From an uncultured Polyangiales bacterium (GTDB taxonomy: Bacteria; Myxococcota_A; Polyangia; Polyangiales; GCA-016699535): a stretch of 64,000 nt of DNA. Made by a program: the position numbers and the translations under genes. Where the stretch lies: NCBI GenBank assembly GCA_964640175.1, contig CAZXFW010000001.1, positions 160,460 through 224,459 on the forward strand, written 5' to 3'. This document shows positions 29,246-40,641 of this stretch, piece by piece (positions within the stretch are counted from its first letter, which is position 1; each line of letters starts with the position of its first letter). Below the pieces are notes generated by a model. That model was not told the origin of the DNA and made no database searches. It saw nothing but the letters and a program-made list of their open reading frames with translations.

Positions 29246-29524
29246 ATGCTTGATATTAAAAAACTACTAAAGATTTTAAGCGTTAGCATTGTACTTGTCG
29301 CTAGTGTGGGCACGATGAGCTGCAGTGATGCTGAAAACGTAATTGATTGTTTGGACATATGTGAGACGGTTGAAGACTGCGCAGGAGATGATTTTGACGT
29401 CGATGAGTGCGTGGACTCCTGTGAAGATAATTCTGACAATCAAATTGATACCTGCGATCAGTGTTTGGATGAAAAGGACAGCTGCATAGACTGCACGTTG
29501 GACTGTGCCTTGCTGCTGACCTAA
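29246..29524 (+). CDS. small acidic Cys-rich lipoprotein, unknown function
   Basis: Signal peptide ending GTMSC. The mature 67 aa contain 11 Cys and 23 Asp/Glu. Confidence 0.5.
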   Translation: MLDIKKLLKILSVSIVLVASVGTMSCSDAENVIDCLDICETVEDCAGDDFDVDECVDSCEDNSDNQIDTCDQCLDEKDSCIDCTLDCALLLT

Positions 29525-29555
29525 TCTTCCAAATTTTATCAGTAATTCCGGTTGG

Positions 29556-30605
29556 TTAGGACTTCAAGCGTGTGGTGGGTGGCATAAGGGTATGACCGAG
29601 TTCTATGAGAAGCTGTCGTTGTTGATTTGTGATCTTTGATGGAATGTCCACTTCAACATGAACGTACTGGTCACCCTTGCCATACGCTCCCAACACAGGA
29701 AACCCTTTGCCACGTAGGCGAAAGATTTTTCCTGAAGCGGTTCCTGGTGGGATCTTGAGAACGACAGGGCCACTCACGGTAGGCACGTCAATTTCTGCGC
29801 CTAGCACTGCTTGAGGATAGGTAATGGAAACAGAGCAATGAATATCTGAGGCTTTCCTGGTGAATATTGGATGCTCTTTGATGTGAATATACAAATGCAA
29901 ATCCCCTGCATGGCTAAGGGTACGGTCTCCAGCGCCCCGCAATGTACGCGTGTTTCCATGTTCAATGCCAGCGGGTACCTGTACGAGTAATGCTTCGGTT
30001 CTCTGCATGACGCGTTTGCCTGAACAACGCATGCATGGGTTTTCAATGATTTGACCAGTTCCGTGACACACCTCACAGTCGCGCACGCCTTTAAAAACAC
30101 CTTTGCCTTTGTGCACGTGTCCTTGCCCTTTGCATGGAATGCAGGTCGTTGCTAGCGTTCCGATGGCAGCACCAGTACCGTCGCATTCGGTGCAAGGTAC
30201 CGAGCGATCCACTTGAATGGGTTTTTCTGTACCAAGAGCGGCCTCTTCGAAGGTGATCTCCAGGTGATAGCTCAAGTCTGCAGGCAAGTGACTGCGTCGA
30301 CGTCCGGAACGAAACATGTCCCGAATGCTTTCCAAAACTTCTTTAAGATCAATGCCGGAAGCATCTCCTTGTGCTCCAAACGCCGCATGACCAGTTTGGT
30401 CATAGCGTTTCCGTTTATCGGGGTGACTTAGAATAGCATAGGCTTGTACGCACAATTTAAACCGTTCTTCCGCTTCCGTATCCCCAGGATTACGATCGGG
30501 GTGATACTGTACGGCAAGTCTGCGGTAAGCGCGCTTGATTTCATCGGCTTCTGCAGTTTTGGTAACCCCAAGTACGGCGTAATAATCCTCAAAAGTCTCT
30601 ACCAT
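29556..30605 (-). CDS. dnaJ: molecular chaperone DnaJ (type I, with zinc finger)
   Basis: J domain (DYYAVLGV...YHPDRNP) and four CxxCxGxG-type motifs: CTECDGTG, CIPCKGQG, CEVCHGTG, CMRCSGKR. An alternative start is at 30623. Confidence 0.85.
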   Translation of the reverse strand: MVETFEDYYAVLGVTKTAEADEIKRAYRRLAVQYHPDRNPGDTEAEERFKLCVQAYAILSHPDKRKRYDQTGHAAFGAQGDASGIDLKEVLESIRDMFRSGRRRSHLPADLSYHLEITFEEAALGTEKPIQVDRSVPCTECDGTGAAIGTLATTCIPCKGQGHVHKGKGVFKGVRDCEVCHGTGQIIENPCMRCSGKRVMQRTEALLVQVPAGIEHGNTRTLRGAGDRTLSHAGDLHLYIHIKEHPIFTRKASDIHCSVSITYPQAVLGAEIDVPTVSGPVVLKIPPGTASGKIFRLRGKGFPVLGAYGKGDQYVHVEVDIPSKITNQQRQLLIELGHTLMPPTTRLKS

Positions 30606-30652
30606 TGTTGCCAAACCTGGCATGAGCGAAAATCATTAGCAAGAAACAACCC

Positions 30653-31573
30653 ATGACACGGACCAAAGAAGTTACAGAAGAACACATAGGGCAGAGGTTA
30701 GACGAGTGGTTGGCCGAGGTCGGTGTGGCGCCGAGTCGCCGGCAAGCCCAGATGATGGTTCGCAATGGTCAAGTGCGACTCAACAATCGTGTGGTCAGCA
30801 AAGCCAGGACATTAAGCAAGGGGGATGTGGTCAGCGTTGAGGGTGAGAGTTTGTCTTCAACATTTATCCCTTTACCCAACTCGTCTGTATTGCTTGATGT
30901 TGTTTACGAAGATGCATGGCTAGTGATAATCAACAAGCCTGCAGGGCTTCCTTGTCATCCACTAAAACCGCACGAACAGGAGACGTTAGTCAATGGACTA
31001 TTGGCACGTTATCCAGGCATGAGAGACGTCGGTTACAGTGCACGCGAAGCAGGCTTGATCCATCGATTAGACAATGACACCTCGGGTGCGTTAATCGCCG
31101 CGAAAACCAACGACGCATTTGAGTTTCTTAAAGACCTTCTTCAGCAAGGTCTTATGAACAAACGCTATGTAGCATTATGCCAAGGTCAGGTGACAGCTCC
31201 TTTGGATATTGCATTGCCACTAAGGCCTCATCCTAAGAATCGTCGTAAGATGTGTGTGGATCATGATACGAGCGATGTCACCCATCTCAGGCATAGCCGA
31301 ATTATCACTAGTCAACCTGTAAGTGAGTTTAGCCTTGTGGAGCTCAGCGTCAGTAAAGCCATGCGTCACCAAATCCGATGTCACCTAGCTGCACTGCAGC
31401 ATCCCATCGTTGGTGATGCACTGTACGGAGGTCCGATGGTAGACGGACTCACACATCATTTCTTGCATGCGAGTCAAGTAGGATTTTTGCATCCTCGCAT
31501 GAGCGAACATGTCTCAGTGGATATTCCACTGTCTTCACGCCATATACAGCTCTTAGAAAGTCTTAGGTCTTAA
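30653..31573 (+). CDS. RluA-family 23S rRNA pseudouridine synthase (RluD-like)
   Basis: N-terminal S4 domain (QRLDEWL) and catalytic [11 protein letters not shown] motif. Confidence 0.85.
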   Translation: MTRTKEVTEEHIGQRLDEWLAEVGVAPSRRQAQMMVRNGQVRLNNRVVSKARTLSKGDVVSVEGESLSSTFIPLPNSSVLLDVVYEDAWLVIINKPAGLPCHPLKPHEQETLVNGLLARYPGMRDVGYSAREAGLIHRLDNDTSGALIAAKTNDAFEFLKDLLQQGLMNKRYVALCQGQVTAPLDIALPLRPHPKNRRKMCVDHDTSDVTHLRHSRIITSQPVSEFSLVELSVSKAMRHQIRCHLAALQHPIVGDALYGGPMVDGLTHHFLHASQVGFLHPRMSEHVSVDIPLSSRHIQLLESLRS

Positions 31574-32339
31574 GACGATACCCAGTTTTAAAAACCCATC
31601 CGATGACGAGCAAACACGAGCCAAAAAAGATTAATGTCATGGCAAAGCTCAGACCAAATGCGACGTCGGATATGCCATAAAAACACCAACGAAATCCGTT
31701 AATTAGGTATACAATAGGATTAAACATCGTGACTGTTCGCCACGTGGGGTCAAGCATTTCGATCGAGTAAAACGCGCCACCTAAAAAGGTAAGAGGTGTA
31801 ATTACGAGCATGGGAATGAATTGCAGCTGTTCAAAGCTTTTGGACCAAAGGCCGATAATAAATCCAAACAAACTAAACGTAGATGCTGTAAGTACGAGAA
31901 AAGAAAGCATCCATATCGGATGAACAATATGAATAGGCACAAAACATGCTGCTGTAACTAAGATCACTGCACCAAGCACTACCGATTTGGTGGTGGCTGC
32001 CCCAACATATGCCAAGACAATTTCCAAGTACGATACCGGTGCTGATAGTAGTTCGTATATCGTGCCTGTGAACTTCGGGAAGTATATACCAAACGAGGCA
32101 TTTGAAATGCTTTCGGTAAAAACTGCCAGCATGATGAGCCCAGGCACAATAAAGGCGCCATAAGAGACTCCATCCACACTGTCCATGCGAGACCCGATAG
32201 CGGCACCAAAAACAACAAAGTAAAGTGATGTGGTGATCACGGGAGTAACGAGCGTTTGTACGACTGTGCGTAGTGCACGTGCCATTTCAAATTTATAAAT
32301 AGCCCAAACACCGTGTCGATTAAACCAACGTAGATTCAT
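31563..32339 (-). CDS. ABC-2 type exporter permease
   Basis: 258 aa with six TM segments. Start overlaps the upstream ATPase stop by 4 nt. Confidence 0.8.
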   Translation of the reverse strand: MNLRWFNRHGVWAIYKFEMARALRTVVQTLVTPVITTSLYFVVFGAAIGSRMDSVDGVSYGAFIVPGLIMLAVFTESISNASFGIYFPKFTGTIYELLSAPVSYLEIVLAYVGAATTKSVVLGAVILVTAACFVPIHIVHPIWMLSFLVLTASTFSLFGFIIGLWSKSFEQLQFIPMLVITPLTFLGGAFYSIEMLDPTWRTVTMFNPIVYLINGFRWCFYGISDVAFGLSFAMTLIFFGSCLLVIGWVFKTGYRLKT

Positions 32340-33292
32340 AATGATGACTTTGCTTGTTCTCGTTCGCGCACAAGGCTTACAAAGATATCTTCCAAGGATC
32401 GTTGATGCGTGTGCAAGTCTTGATAGCCAATGCCAAGTTCATCCAGGCGTCGCAACAATAAAGGAACATTATGAGAGGTGTTGCTTGCATCAAAACTATA
32501 GATGAGTTCGTTGCCATCTCCATGAGTTGAGAGGTTGAAGTCTGCGAGCTGTGCTGGAATGGCATGCAGGGGTTCTTTGAGAGTTATGGTGAGTTGTTTT
32601 TTCCCAAGCGTACTCATAAGGGTTGATTTTGCTTCGGCTAACAGCAGTTGGCCTTGACTCATGACACCGATTCTGTCTGCTAACTGTTCGGCTTCTTCGA
32701 TGTAATGTGTGGTTAAAATGATGGTGACGCCTCGATCTCGTAAATCACGTACCAACGACCACATGTCCTTGCGTAAATCCACGTCAACTCCAGCGGTTGG
32801 TTCGTCAAGAAAAAGAATGGCAGGCTCATGTGCCAATGCTTTGGCGATAAGGACTCTGCGTTTCATCCCGCCCGATAACGTTAGGATTTTGTCGTGCCTC
32901 TTATTCCACAGGGAAAGATCGCGTAAAATTTTTTCGATATAGTCTGGGTTTGGCGAAAGCCCAAAGAGATGACGGCTGAAATTTACAGTTGCCCATACTG
33001 TTTCAAACATATCGGTAGAAAGCTCTTGAGGCACCAGTCCTATGGAAGCCCGTGTTTTTCGATAGTCTTTAACAATGTGGTGTCCGGCGACATGCACCGT
33101 GCCTGTGCTGGCTGTAACAATTCCACAAACGATGCTGATCAGGGTGGTTTTGCCTGCACCATTGGGCCCTAACAATGCAAAAATTTCTCCTGAATAGATA
33201 TCAAGATTGATCTTTTTGAGCGCCTCAAGCCCGGAAGCATACGTCTTGCTGAGGTTTTCAATGCGTACGATGGGCACCATACCTGAATTCAT
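32336..33292 (-). CDS. ABC transporter ATP-binding protein
   Basis: Walker [10 protein letters not shown], signature LSGGMKRR, Walker B ILFLDEPT. Start at 33292 or 33280; the ORF track gives 33334. Confidence 0.85.
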   Translation of the reverse strand: MNSGMVPIVRIENLSKTYASGLEALKKINLDIYSGEIFALLGPNGAGKTTLISIVCGIVTASTGTVHVAGHHIVKDYRKTRASIGLVPQELSTDMFETVWATVNFSRHLFGLSPNPDYIEKILRDLSLWNKRHDKILTLSGGMKRRVLIAKALAHEPAILFLDEPTAGVDVDLRKDMWSLVRDLRDRGVTIILTTHYIEEAEQLADRIGVMSQGQLLLAEAKSTLMSTLGKKQLTITLKEPLHAIPAQLADFNLSTHGDGNELIYSFDASNTSHNVPLLLRRLDELGIGYQDLHTHQRSLEDIFVSLVREREQAKSSL

Positions 33293-33340
33293 AGAGAGGC
33301 TATGGTCTTTAAAGGAATGCACACAAAGCTGCAAGAGGAG

Positions 33341-35329
33341 TTATTGAGATGAATTTGTGGTGAGAGCACGCAGCCGATCTCGTAGACGGGCCGCTTTTTC
33401 AAAATCTAACATTTCTGCTGCTTCAAGCATTTGAGCACGAATAGTGTCAATGTCAGCTTGTGTTGCAGGTGAATTTTCGCCATCCCCTGATGCAGTCGAA
33501 GTCAAGGGCAGATAATCCGTGTTTCCAACATTGGGTCGCATATCTAAAACAGCTTTACGTATGGTCTGTGGAGTAATGTGGTGCTTTTTATTGTAAGCAC
33601 TTTGCACTGCGCGGCGTCGGTCAGTTTCGGTAATGGCGTAGTTCATAGCATGTGTAATTTTCTCTGCATACATGATGACTTTGCCGTGTTGATTGCGTGC
33701 GGCACGTCCAATCGTTTGAATCAACGATCGGGGTGATCTTAAAAAACCTTCCTTGTCGGCATCCAGAATGGCAACCAAAGAAACTTCGGGAAGATCAAGG
33801 CCTTCGCGTAATAAATTGATACCCACAAGCACATCAAACTCACCGCGCCGAAGATCTCGTAGAATTTCCATGCGTTCCAGCGTGTCGATATCGCTGTGCA
33901 GGTAACGCACACGAACATTAAGTTCAGCATAATACTCCGTGAGATCTTCAGCCATGCGTTTTGTTAGTGTAGTAATCAACACGCGTTCCTGTTTTTCGAT
34001 TCGCTTACGAATTTCTGCCAAGAGATCATCCACTTGGTTTTTGGCAGAACGTACTTCGATTTCAGGATCCGTCAGTCCTGTGGGACGGATGATTTGCTCT
34101 ACGACGACTCCCTGGGTTTGTTCAAACTCCCAATCTCCAGGAGTTGCGCTTACACAGATCATGCATCTGATGTGTTTGAGAAATTCCTCAAATCGTAATG
34201 GACGATTGTCCAATGCACTCGGAAGTCTAAAGCCATAGTCCACCAACGTTTGCTTTCTGGCACGATCGCCTCGATACATGGCGCCAAGCTGAGGCACAGT
34301 CTGGTGTGACTCATCGAGGACAATTAAAAAATCATCAGGGAAATATTCGAGCAACGTGGGCGGAGGATCTCCCCCATTTCTACTGGAAAGGTGACGGGAA
34401 TAGTTTTCAATCCCATGACAAAATCCCATTTGTTCTAACATTTCGAGATCGTACAACGTGCGTTGTTCGAGGCGTTGATATTCTAAAAGCTTGTTTTCGC
34501 TTTTTAATTTTCCAAGCTGTTCTCTTAGTTCAGTTTGAACAGATTGAATAGCACGTTTGATTTCATCTTCAGGTGTTACATAGTGAGATCCAGGATAAAC
34601 AGCGTATCGCTCAAGCTCTCGCAAGATGGTTCCTCGAATGGGATTGATCTCAGCAATACGTTCAATTTCATCCCCCCAAAACTCAATGCGTACGGCGCGG
34701 TCCTGTTCGTAAGTGGGATATACTTCAACGACATCGCCGCGTACTCGAAAACTACCACGATGAAAATCGGTATCGTTGCGTTCGTATTGGATATTCACTA
34801 GCTGACGCAATAAAGCATCTCTGCCGAGGGCATCTCCTTTTTTAAGTTGCACCAACATTTCGATATAGGTGCCTTTCGATCCAATGCCATAAATACACGA
34901 TACACTTGCCACAATGATCACGTCATCACGTGAAAGTAGTGAACGCGTAGCGCTATGACGCATGCGATCAATCTCATCATTGATCAATGCATCTTTTTCA
35001 ATAAACGTATCAGTGCTTGGAACGTAAGCCTCTGGTTGGTAGTAATCATAGTAACTGACGAAGTATTCCACGGCGTTGGTTGGAAACAGTTCGCGCATTT
35101 CAGCGTAAAGCTGTGCTGCGAGTGTTTTGTTGGGTGCAATAATTAAGGTGGGCTTTTGCACCTGCGCAATGACATTGGCTATCGTAAACGTTTTGCCGCT
35201 TCCCGTAATGCCAAGGAGCACCTGTATGTTATCACCACGCTGGACACCAGCCGTCAGCTCTTTTATGGCATTGGCTTGATCGCCAGCAGGCGCAAAACTT
35301 GAGCTTAAGACAAAACGTTGGGATGACAT
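33341..35329 (-). CDS. uvrB: excinuclease ABC subunit B
   Basis: [10 protein letters not shown], Walker A GITGSGKT, the DESH box and a C-terminal UVR domain ([13 protein letters not shown]). ATG 35329 avoids overlap with serC. Confidence 0.95.
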   Translation of the reverse strand: MSSQRFVLSSSFAPAGDQANAIKELTAGVQRGDNIQVLLGITGSGKTFTIANVIAQVQKPTLIIAPNKTLAAQLYAEMRELFPTNAVEYFVSYYDYYQPEAYVPSTDTFIEKDALINDEIDRMRHSATRSLLSRDDVIIVASVSCIYGIGSKGTYIEMLVQLKKGDALGRDALLRQLVNIQYERNDTDFHRGSFRVRGDVVEVYPTYEQDRAVRIEFWGDEIERIAEINPIRGTILRELERYAVYPGSHYVTPEDEIKRAIQSVQTELREQLGKLKSENKLLEYQRLEQRTLYDLEMLEQMGFCHGIENYSRHLSSRNGGDPPPTLLEYFPDDFLIVLDESHQTVPQLGAMYRGDRARKQTLVDYGFRLPSALDNRPLRFEEFLKHIRCMICVSATPGDWEFEQTQGVVVEQIIRPTGLTDPEIEVRSAKNQVDDLLAEIRKRIEKQERVLITTLTKRMAEDLTEYYAELNVRVRYLHSDIDTLERMEILRDLRRGEFDVLVGINLLREGLDLPEVSLVAILDADKEGFLRSPRSLIQTIGRAARNQHGKVIMYAEKITHAMNYAITETDRRRAVQSAYNKKHHITPQTIRKAVLDMRPNVGNTDYLPLTSTASGDGENSPATQADIDTIRAQMLEAAEMLDFEKAARLRDRLRALTTNSSQ

Positions 35330-35348
35330 TATAGACGGTGGCGTAATG

Positions 35349-36440
35349 TCACCGGTTTGCTTTGGCAAACGTGTTCATGAATTCCACCAATCTGGCCACG
35401 TTTTCTTTGCTTACGGCATTATAAATGGATGCACGTATTCCGCCGACAGAGCGGTGGCCCTTAAGTCCAACCATGCCTGCTTGCGTTGATTCAGCGACGA
35501 ATTTTTTCTCTAGCGCTTCATTGGTTAAGTTAAACACCACGTTCATTATAGAACGTGACTCTTGTTCAACATCACATCGGTAAAACCCTTGATGTTGAAC
35601 AATCGTCTCGTAGAGCATGGCAGCCTTTTCTTGATTAACCTTACCAATGGCTGAAAGCCCACCTTCATCTTTGAGCCACCGAAGCACGTTACGCATCATG
35701 TAAATGGAAAATGTGGGTGGCGTGTTAAGCAATGAGTTTGCTTTTGCATGTGGCGCGTACTGAAAGATTTCAGGAATGTCTGTGCGTCCATTTTCAACCA
35801 AGTCTTTACGCACAATCACCACTGTGACTCCCGAAGGGCCTATGTTTTTCTGTGCACCTGCATAAATGAGACCAAACTTGGAAACATCGAGCTCGCGACA
35901 CAAGATGTCGCTCGACATGTCTGCAATCAACGGCACATCGCCGGTATCGGGAAACGAGTGAAATTGCGTACCAAAAATAGTGTTATTCGATGTCACATGC
36001 ACATAACACGCATTCGCCGACAGCTTAAGTTCAGAAGGCTTAGGGATACGTCGGTACACGCCGTCTACATGGGTACTGGCAGCAATGTTAACCTTTCCAA
36101 TCTTCTCAGCTTCTTTCGCTGCGCCTTCCGACCATGCACCAGTAAGCACGTAATCGGCAGACTGTCCTTGGCGAAGCAAGTTCATGGGCACCATGGCAAA
36201 CTGACCGCGCGCGCCTCCTTGTAAGAACAACACGTGGTACCTGTCGCTGATACCAAGAAGTTCGCGTAGCAATGAAATCGCTTCGTTGTGAGTGGCTTCG
36301 TATTCCTTGCCGCGATGGCTGTGTTCCATCACCGACATGCCGGTGCCTTCAAAATCAAGGAACTCTTTTTGCGCATATTCCAACGCTGCGAGCGGTAAAG
36401 CGCTTGGGCCTGGGTTGAAATTCACTATGCGATGCACCAT
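35349..36440 (-). CDS. serC: 3-phosphoserine aminotransferase
   Basis: N-terminal [10 protein letters not shown] and the PLP-lysine region [12 protein letters not shown]. Confidence 0.9.
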   Translation of the reverse strand: MVHRIVNFNPGPSALPLAALEYAQKEFLDFEGTGMSVMEHSHRGKEYEATHNEAISLLRELLGISDRYHVLFLQGGARGQFAMVPMNLLRQGQSADYVLTGAWSEGAAKEAEKIGKVNIAASTHVDGVYRRIPKPSELKLSANACYVHVTSNNTIFGTQFHSFPDTGDVPLIADMSSDILCRELDVSKFGLIYAGAQKNIGPSGVTVVIVRKDLVENGRTDIPEIFQYAPHAKANSLLNTPPTFSIYMMRNVLRWLKDEGGLSAIGKVNQEKAAMLYETIVQHQGFYRCDVEQESRSIMNVVFNLTNEALEKKFVAESTQAGMVGLKGHRSVGGIRASIYNAVSKENVARLVEFMNTFAKANR

Positions 36441-36469
36441 ATCAATGCTCCTTAACAAAAATCATCTCG

Positions 36470-36542
<73 letters not shown>

Positions 36543-36573
36543 TGAAGGCCACGTACTATACACGGCTACGATG

Positions 36574-37269
36574 TCACTGCAAACGCGACATAGCTAGGCA
36601 TATCTCAAGCAGTCCTGACTGAGCTGCGGCTAGAGCCAAAGCCTCATCCGTGTTGTCACAATAAGGAAAATTCACCACTGGAAGAGAGAGCCGTTCTTCC
36701 AAAATGCGTTGGTTATAGACTGTGCTTGCATCCGTGGATTCTCCTTGTACTAACACAACCGCTGCTAACGTGACGCCGGAGTGTTTCATGCACTCTGCGG
36801 TACTTAGCGTCCATGACAACACACCAAGCTGATCGTGACTCACTAAGATGGCAGGCAGCCGCAGCCGCGTGACAAGATCTGCCATGGTATGTGTCTTAGA
36901 GATCGGCACATAAAAACCACCCGCACCTTCCACAATGACGTAATCAACGTGAGCAACAGTTGCTTCTGTGGCTTGCACAAGTTCATCCAACACAAGAGGT
37001 GGATGGCTTCCCTGAATCTCAATCGCGTAAGGCGCAAGTGCTTCTTTAGCTCGATACCAACCTGCGGCATGTGCTATCTCAGGCCGATCACACGCTTTGG
37101 CCAACATCACGGCATCAGCGTGCTCCGGATTCCAACCTGTCTCGATGGGCTTAATGGCTGCAACATTCACGCCATGCTGACGTAACGCACGACTTAATCC
37201 ACGGCTTACCCATGTTTTACCTACGCTTGTCCCTGTGCCTGTGACAAACACTCCTGTGCGCATTGTCAT
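36574..37269 (-). CDS. bioD: dethiobiotin synthetase
   Basis: N-terminal FVTGTGTSVGKT P-loop. 231 aa. Coupled to bioF by a 1-nt overlap. Confidence 0.85.
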   Translation of the reverse strand: MTMRTGVFVTGTGTSVGKTWVSRGLSRALRQHGVNVAAIKPIETGWNPEHADAVMLAKACDRPEIAHAAGWYRAKEALAPYAIEIQGSHPPLVLDELVQATEATVAHVDYVIVEGAGGFYVPISKTHTMADLVTRLRLPAILVSHDQLGVLSWTLSTAECMKHSGVTLAAVVLVQGESTDASTVYNQRILEERLSLPVVNFPYCDNTDEALALAAAQSGLLEICLAMSRLQ

Positions 37270-38447
37270 TAACCCATGCTTGAAGATAAGTGACGCCGCA
37301 GATCACCAAATGTCTCGATGGTTTGCTCGATGTGTGAATCACTGTGGCTGGCCATCGGGGCGAGTCTCAAGCGACTTGTCCCCGAAGGGACGCTTGGCGG
37401 GCGAATGCCTTGGACAAAGACGCCATGCTGCAAAAGCCAGGCAGAAAGCTGCATCGTGAGCACAGGATCGCGCGTCACGATCGGAATGATCGGAGTTGCC
37501 CCTTCAAGCACTGGAAAATCGAGTTCTTGGAGTGCCTGGCGTAACCGGTGTGCATGCTTGAGCACACGCGCGCGCTCCGCATCAGCTCTGCGTACCAAAT
37601 CAGTAGCCACGATGATCGTCGCCGCCAGAAAAGGAGGTATCGCTGTAGAGAACACAAAGCTTCTTGCGCGGTTGATCAAATATCGGGTTATGACAGCGGG
37701 TCCTGCTAGAAACGCGCCGCTGAGTCCAAAGCTCTTGCCAAAGGTAGCCACGATCGCATCTGCTTTAACGTTAAGCGCTGCACATAAGCCACGGCCTTCT
37801 GGGCCCAATACCCCTAGCGCATGCGCTTCGTCCACCATCAAGAACGCATCATAGGCGTCACATAACTCCCGAAGACTTTCCAACGGTGCAAGGTCGCCAT
37901 CCATAGAAAACACGGACTCCGTAATCACCAACGCATGACGCCCTGAGTGTCGGTGAGTGCGTAATTGTTCCTCCAGATGTTGCACATCGCGATGATGATA
38001 GATGTGAACGGCTGCGTTGCTGAGGCGGCATCCGTCAATCAAACTGGCATGGTTGATACTGTCGCTAAACACCACGTCATCTTCGGTGACCAATGCCGAA
38101 ACCGTACCAACGTTGCTCGCGTATCCACTCGAAAATATCAATGCATCTTCTGTTCCTAAATAATCCGCGAGATATTTTTCGGCTCGTCGGTGGCTTTCAA
38201 GAGTACCGGAGACTAGGCGGGAAGAGCCTGCCCCCACGCCTTCACGTGTAACCGCTTCTTGGATGGCGGCTACAAGAAGCGAATGATTGGCAAATCCGAG
38301 GTAGTTGTTGGAACAGAGGCAGAGCACCTCTTTGCCATCAATCTGAACCGTAGGGCCCATGGGGCCGGTGATAGTGAAAGGAGAGCGCAGAAGCCCTGCA
38401 TGCGATAGGTCGTCGAGGGTATGTTGGAGGTGTTGTAAGAGCCCCAT
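37269..38447 (-). CDS. bioF: 8-amino-7-oxononanoate synthase
   Basis: Alpha-oxoamine synthase family: NNYLGF and the PLP-lysine region TFGKSFG. 392 aa. Confidence 0.85.
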   Translation of the reverse strand: MGLLQHLQHTLDDLSHAGLLRSPFTITGPMGPTVQIDGKEVLCLCSNNYLGFANHSLLVAAIQEAVTREGVGAGSSRLVSGTLESHRRAEKYLADYLGTEDALIFSSGYASNVGTVSALVTEDDVVFSDSINHASLIDGCRLSNAAVHIYHHRDVQHLEEQLRTHRHSGRHALVITESVFSMDGDLAPLESLRELCDAYDAFLMVDEAHALGVLGPEGRGLCAALNVKADAIVATFGKSFGLSGAFLAGPAVITRYLINRARSFVFSTAIPPFLAATIIVATDLVRRADAERARVLKHAHRLRQALQELDFPVLEGATPIIPIVTRDPVLTMQLSAWLLQHGVFVQGIRPPSVPSGTSRLRLAPMASHSDSHIEQTIETFGDLRRHLSSSMG

Positions 38448-38761
38448 AGTCGCCGTGTTTATGGATATAGCTCAAATCGAGCACTGAGGGAACGTCGTTC
38501 GTGGTCTCAGGTGGCTTCTTGTAAAGAGACCTAGACCGTCCGATGTTTCACGTGGAAAACAAGTAATTACAATAAGATACAGAGATCGCGCACCGGTGCT
38601 ACGTTTAGGGATACATCCATCAGTTTTTTTCATCCCCTTGTTTGTGGACGCCTTCTGCGAGTCGGTGCGAGTGCTTTGGTGGCGGGACGGCCGGCTTCCT
38701 ACACAAGGCGGGAAGAAGCCTTGCGGTCTCAACTATGAGCCGGATACACTGTGTCCAAACC

Positions 38762-39745
38762 ATGGCTGAAACCGACTATTATCACGAGCTTGGGGTTGCG
38801 CGGACGGCTAGCCCTGCGGAGATCAAGACGGCCTATCGTAAACTGGCCAGAGAACTGCATCCCGATCGAAATCCGGACAACAAAACCGCGGAAGAACGCT
38901 TCAAGCGTGTAGCGCACGCGTACGACATTCTGTCGGATGACAAAAAACGTAAGCTTTACGATGAGTTCGGGGAGATTGGCCTCCGAGAAGGGTTTGATCC
39001 GGAACGGGTGCGTCAGTATCAGCAGTGGGGCGGAGCTCAGGGGGGACAGCAGGGCCACGTTCAATGGGGCGGCAATCTGGAGGACTTATTCAGCAGTATT
39101 GGGGGCACTCAAGGGGTTAACTTTGGAGATCTTGGCGAAATCTTTGGACACGTTAGAGGTCGTCCAGGACGCCGCGCAGCCCGGCCGGCTGTGGGCCAAG
39201 ACATTGAAACCATGGTCGATGTGGATTTCATGGATGCCGTCAAGGGGGGCGAAAAAGACATCAGTTTTAATGATCCAGGTACAGGCCGCAGAAAGAATCT
39301 ACGCGTACGTTTGCCTGCCGGTATCAAAAATGGTCATACCCTACGGCTAAAAGGACAGGGATTGCCGGCTCCAGGAAAAGGTCGTCCAGGAGATTTGTTG
39401 CTTCAGATTCATGTAGGAAATCACCCGTTTTTATGGCGTGAGGAGCAAGAATTACACATGAATTTGCCGGTGACGGTGGGTGAGGCGTGGCGCGGTGCCA
39501 AAATCCAAGTTCCTACACCGCAGGGAGATGTTTCTTTGCGTATCCCTCCTGAAACCCAGGGTGGCACCACATTAAGACTTAAAGGCAAAGGTATCACCCT
39601 AGCTTCAGACAAACAGGGAGATTTGTTTGTACATATACAAATTAGACTCCCAAGGGGTGGAACTGCTGCGAAAGGTATCATCGAAGCCCTGGAAGTCCTT
39701 GATAACGCGTATCAAGCAGATATTCGGGCTGACATAAAGCTTTAA
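38762..39745 (+). CDS. J-domain co-chaperone without zinc finger (CbpA-like)
   Basis: [12 protein letters not shown]...LHPDRNP J domain, a G/Q-rich linker, and DnaJ C-terminal domains with no CxxCxGxG motifs. The ORF-track start at 38642 has no supporting features. Confidence 0.8.
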   Translation: MAETDYYHELGVARTASPAEIKTAYRKLARELHPDRNPDNKTAEERFKRVAHAYDILSDDKKRKLYDEFGEIGLREGFDPERVRQYQQWGGAQGGQQGHVQWGGNLEDLFSSIGGTQGVNFGDLGEIFGHVRGRPGRRAARPAVGQDIETMVDVDFMDAVKGGEKDISFNDPGTGRRKNLRVRLPAGIKNGHTLRLKGQGLPAPGKGRPGDLLLQIHVGNHPFLWREEQELHMNLPVTVGEAWRGAKIQVPTPQGDVSLRIPPETQGGTTLRLKGKGITLASDKQGDLFVHIQIRLPRGGTAAKGIIEALEVLDNAYQADIRADIKL

Positions 39746-39851
39746 ACAAAAGCAATGTTTCACGTGAAACGTCACTACGAGATGTATCTTGTAAAATTAC
39801 AATATTTGTGTAATATGTTTTCTTCTACTTAAAGCGTGCTATGCGGCGGTT

Positions 39852-40634
39852 ATGACGAGTGTGTTGAACTTGCAAACCCTGCCTTCTCACATTGCCATCA
39901 TCATGGATGGCAATGGGCGGTGGGCTCAGCAACGACACCAAGCTCGCGCATTTGGCCATCGCAGTGGCAGCGAAGCGGTGAGACGCACGGTTAAAGCATG
40001 TAGGCGCTTAGGCATTCGAGCGTTGACGTTGTATGCGTTCAGTGAGCAAAATTGGCAACGCCCCAGTGCCGAAGTCAGCATTTTGATGCAGTTGCTTGAG
40101 GATTTCCTTATTTCAGAACGCGAGGAAGTGAAAACCAATCGGATCCGCTTTATGGCGTTGGGTCGCATCGAACGGTTGCCTACAAGTTTGCAAACACTGT
40201 TACGTAGTTTGGAGCAGGAGACGCGTGAGTTTGATGGCATGACATTGTCGATCGCAGTGTCGTATGGTGGTCATGAAGAAATTGCAGATGCTGCTCAAGC
40301 ACTTGCGCGGCAAGTCGAGCAAGGCACGCTGCGTGCGGAGCAAGTGGATATGACGTTGCTTGAACAAACGTTGCCATCCATGCAGCTTGGGCCGGTGGAT
40401 TTGTTAATACGCACCGGCGGTGAACAGCGCATAAGCAACTTCTTGCTATGGGGAGCAGCCTATGCAGAGCTTTATTTCAGCTCGACATACTGGCCTGATT
40501 TTGATGAAAAAGATTTGTATGAAGCCATTGCTGCTTATCAACATCGAGAGCGGCGTTATGGAAAAATTACGAGTGTAGAGGAGCGTGTCTCCGTGGATGG
40601 TGAGTCGTTAGATACAAGTACTGTAGCTTCTTGA
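39852..40634 (+). CDS. uppS: di-trans,poly-cis-undecaprenyl-diphosphate synthase
   Basis: IIMDGNGRWA and RTGGEQRISNFLLW motifs. Confidence 0.9.
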   Translation: MTSVLNLQTLPSHIAIIMDGNGRWAQQRHQARAFGHRSGSEAVRRTVKACRRLGIRALTLYAFSEQNWQRPSAEVSILMQLLEDFLISEREEVKTNRIRFMALGRIERLPTSLQTLLRSLEQETREFDGMTLSIAVSYGGHEEIADAAQALARQVEQGTLRAEQVDMTLLEQTLPSMQLGPVDLLIRTGGEQRISNFLLWGAAYAELYFSSTYWPDFDEKDLYEAIAAYQHRERRYGKITSVEERVSVDGESLDTSTVAS

Positions 40635-40641
40635 AATTCGC

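Noticed and set aside
38472-38732. 86-aa minus-strand ORF in the bioF / cbpA-like intergenic region
   Set aside because: It has a basic, low-complexity sequence with no recognisable features. It overlaps the putative cbpA-like promoter region and the ORF-track N-terminal extension.
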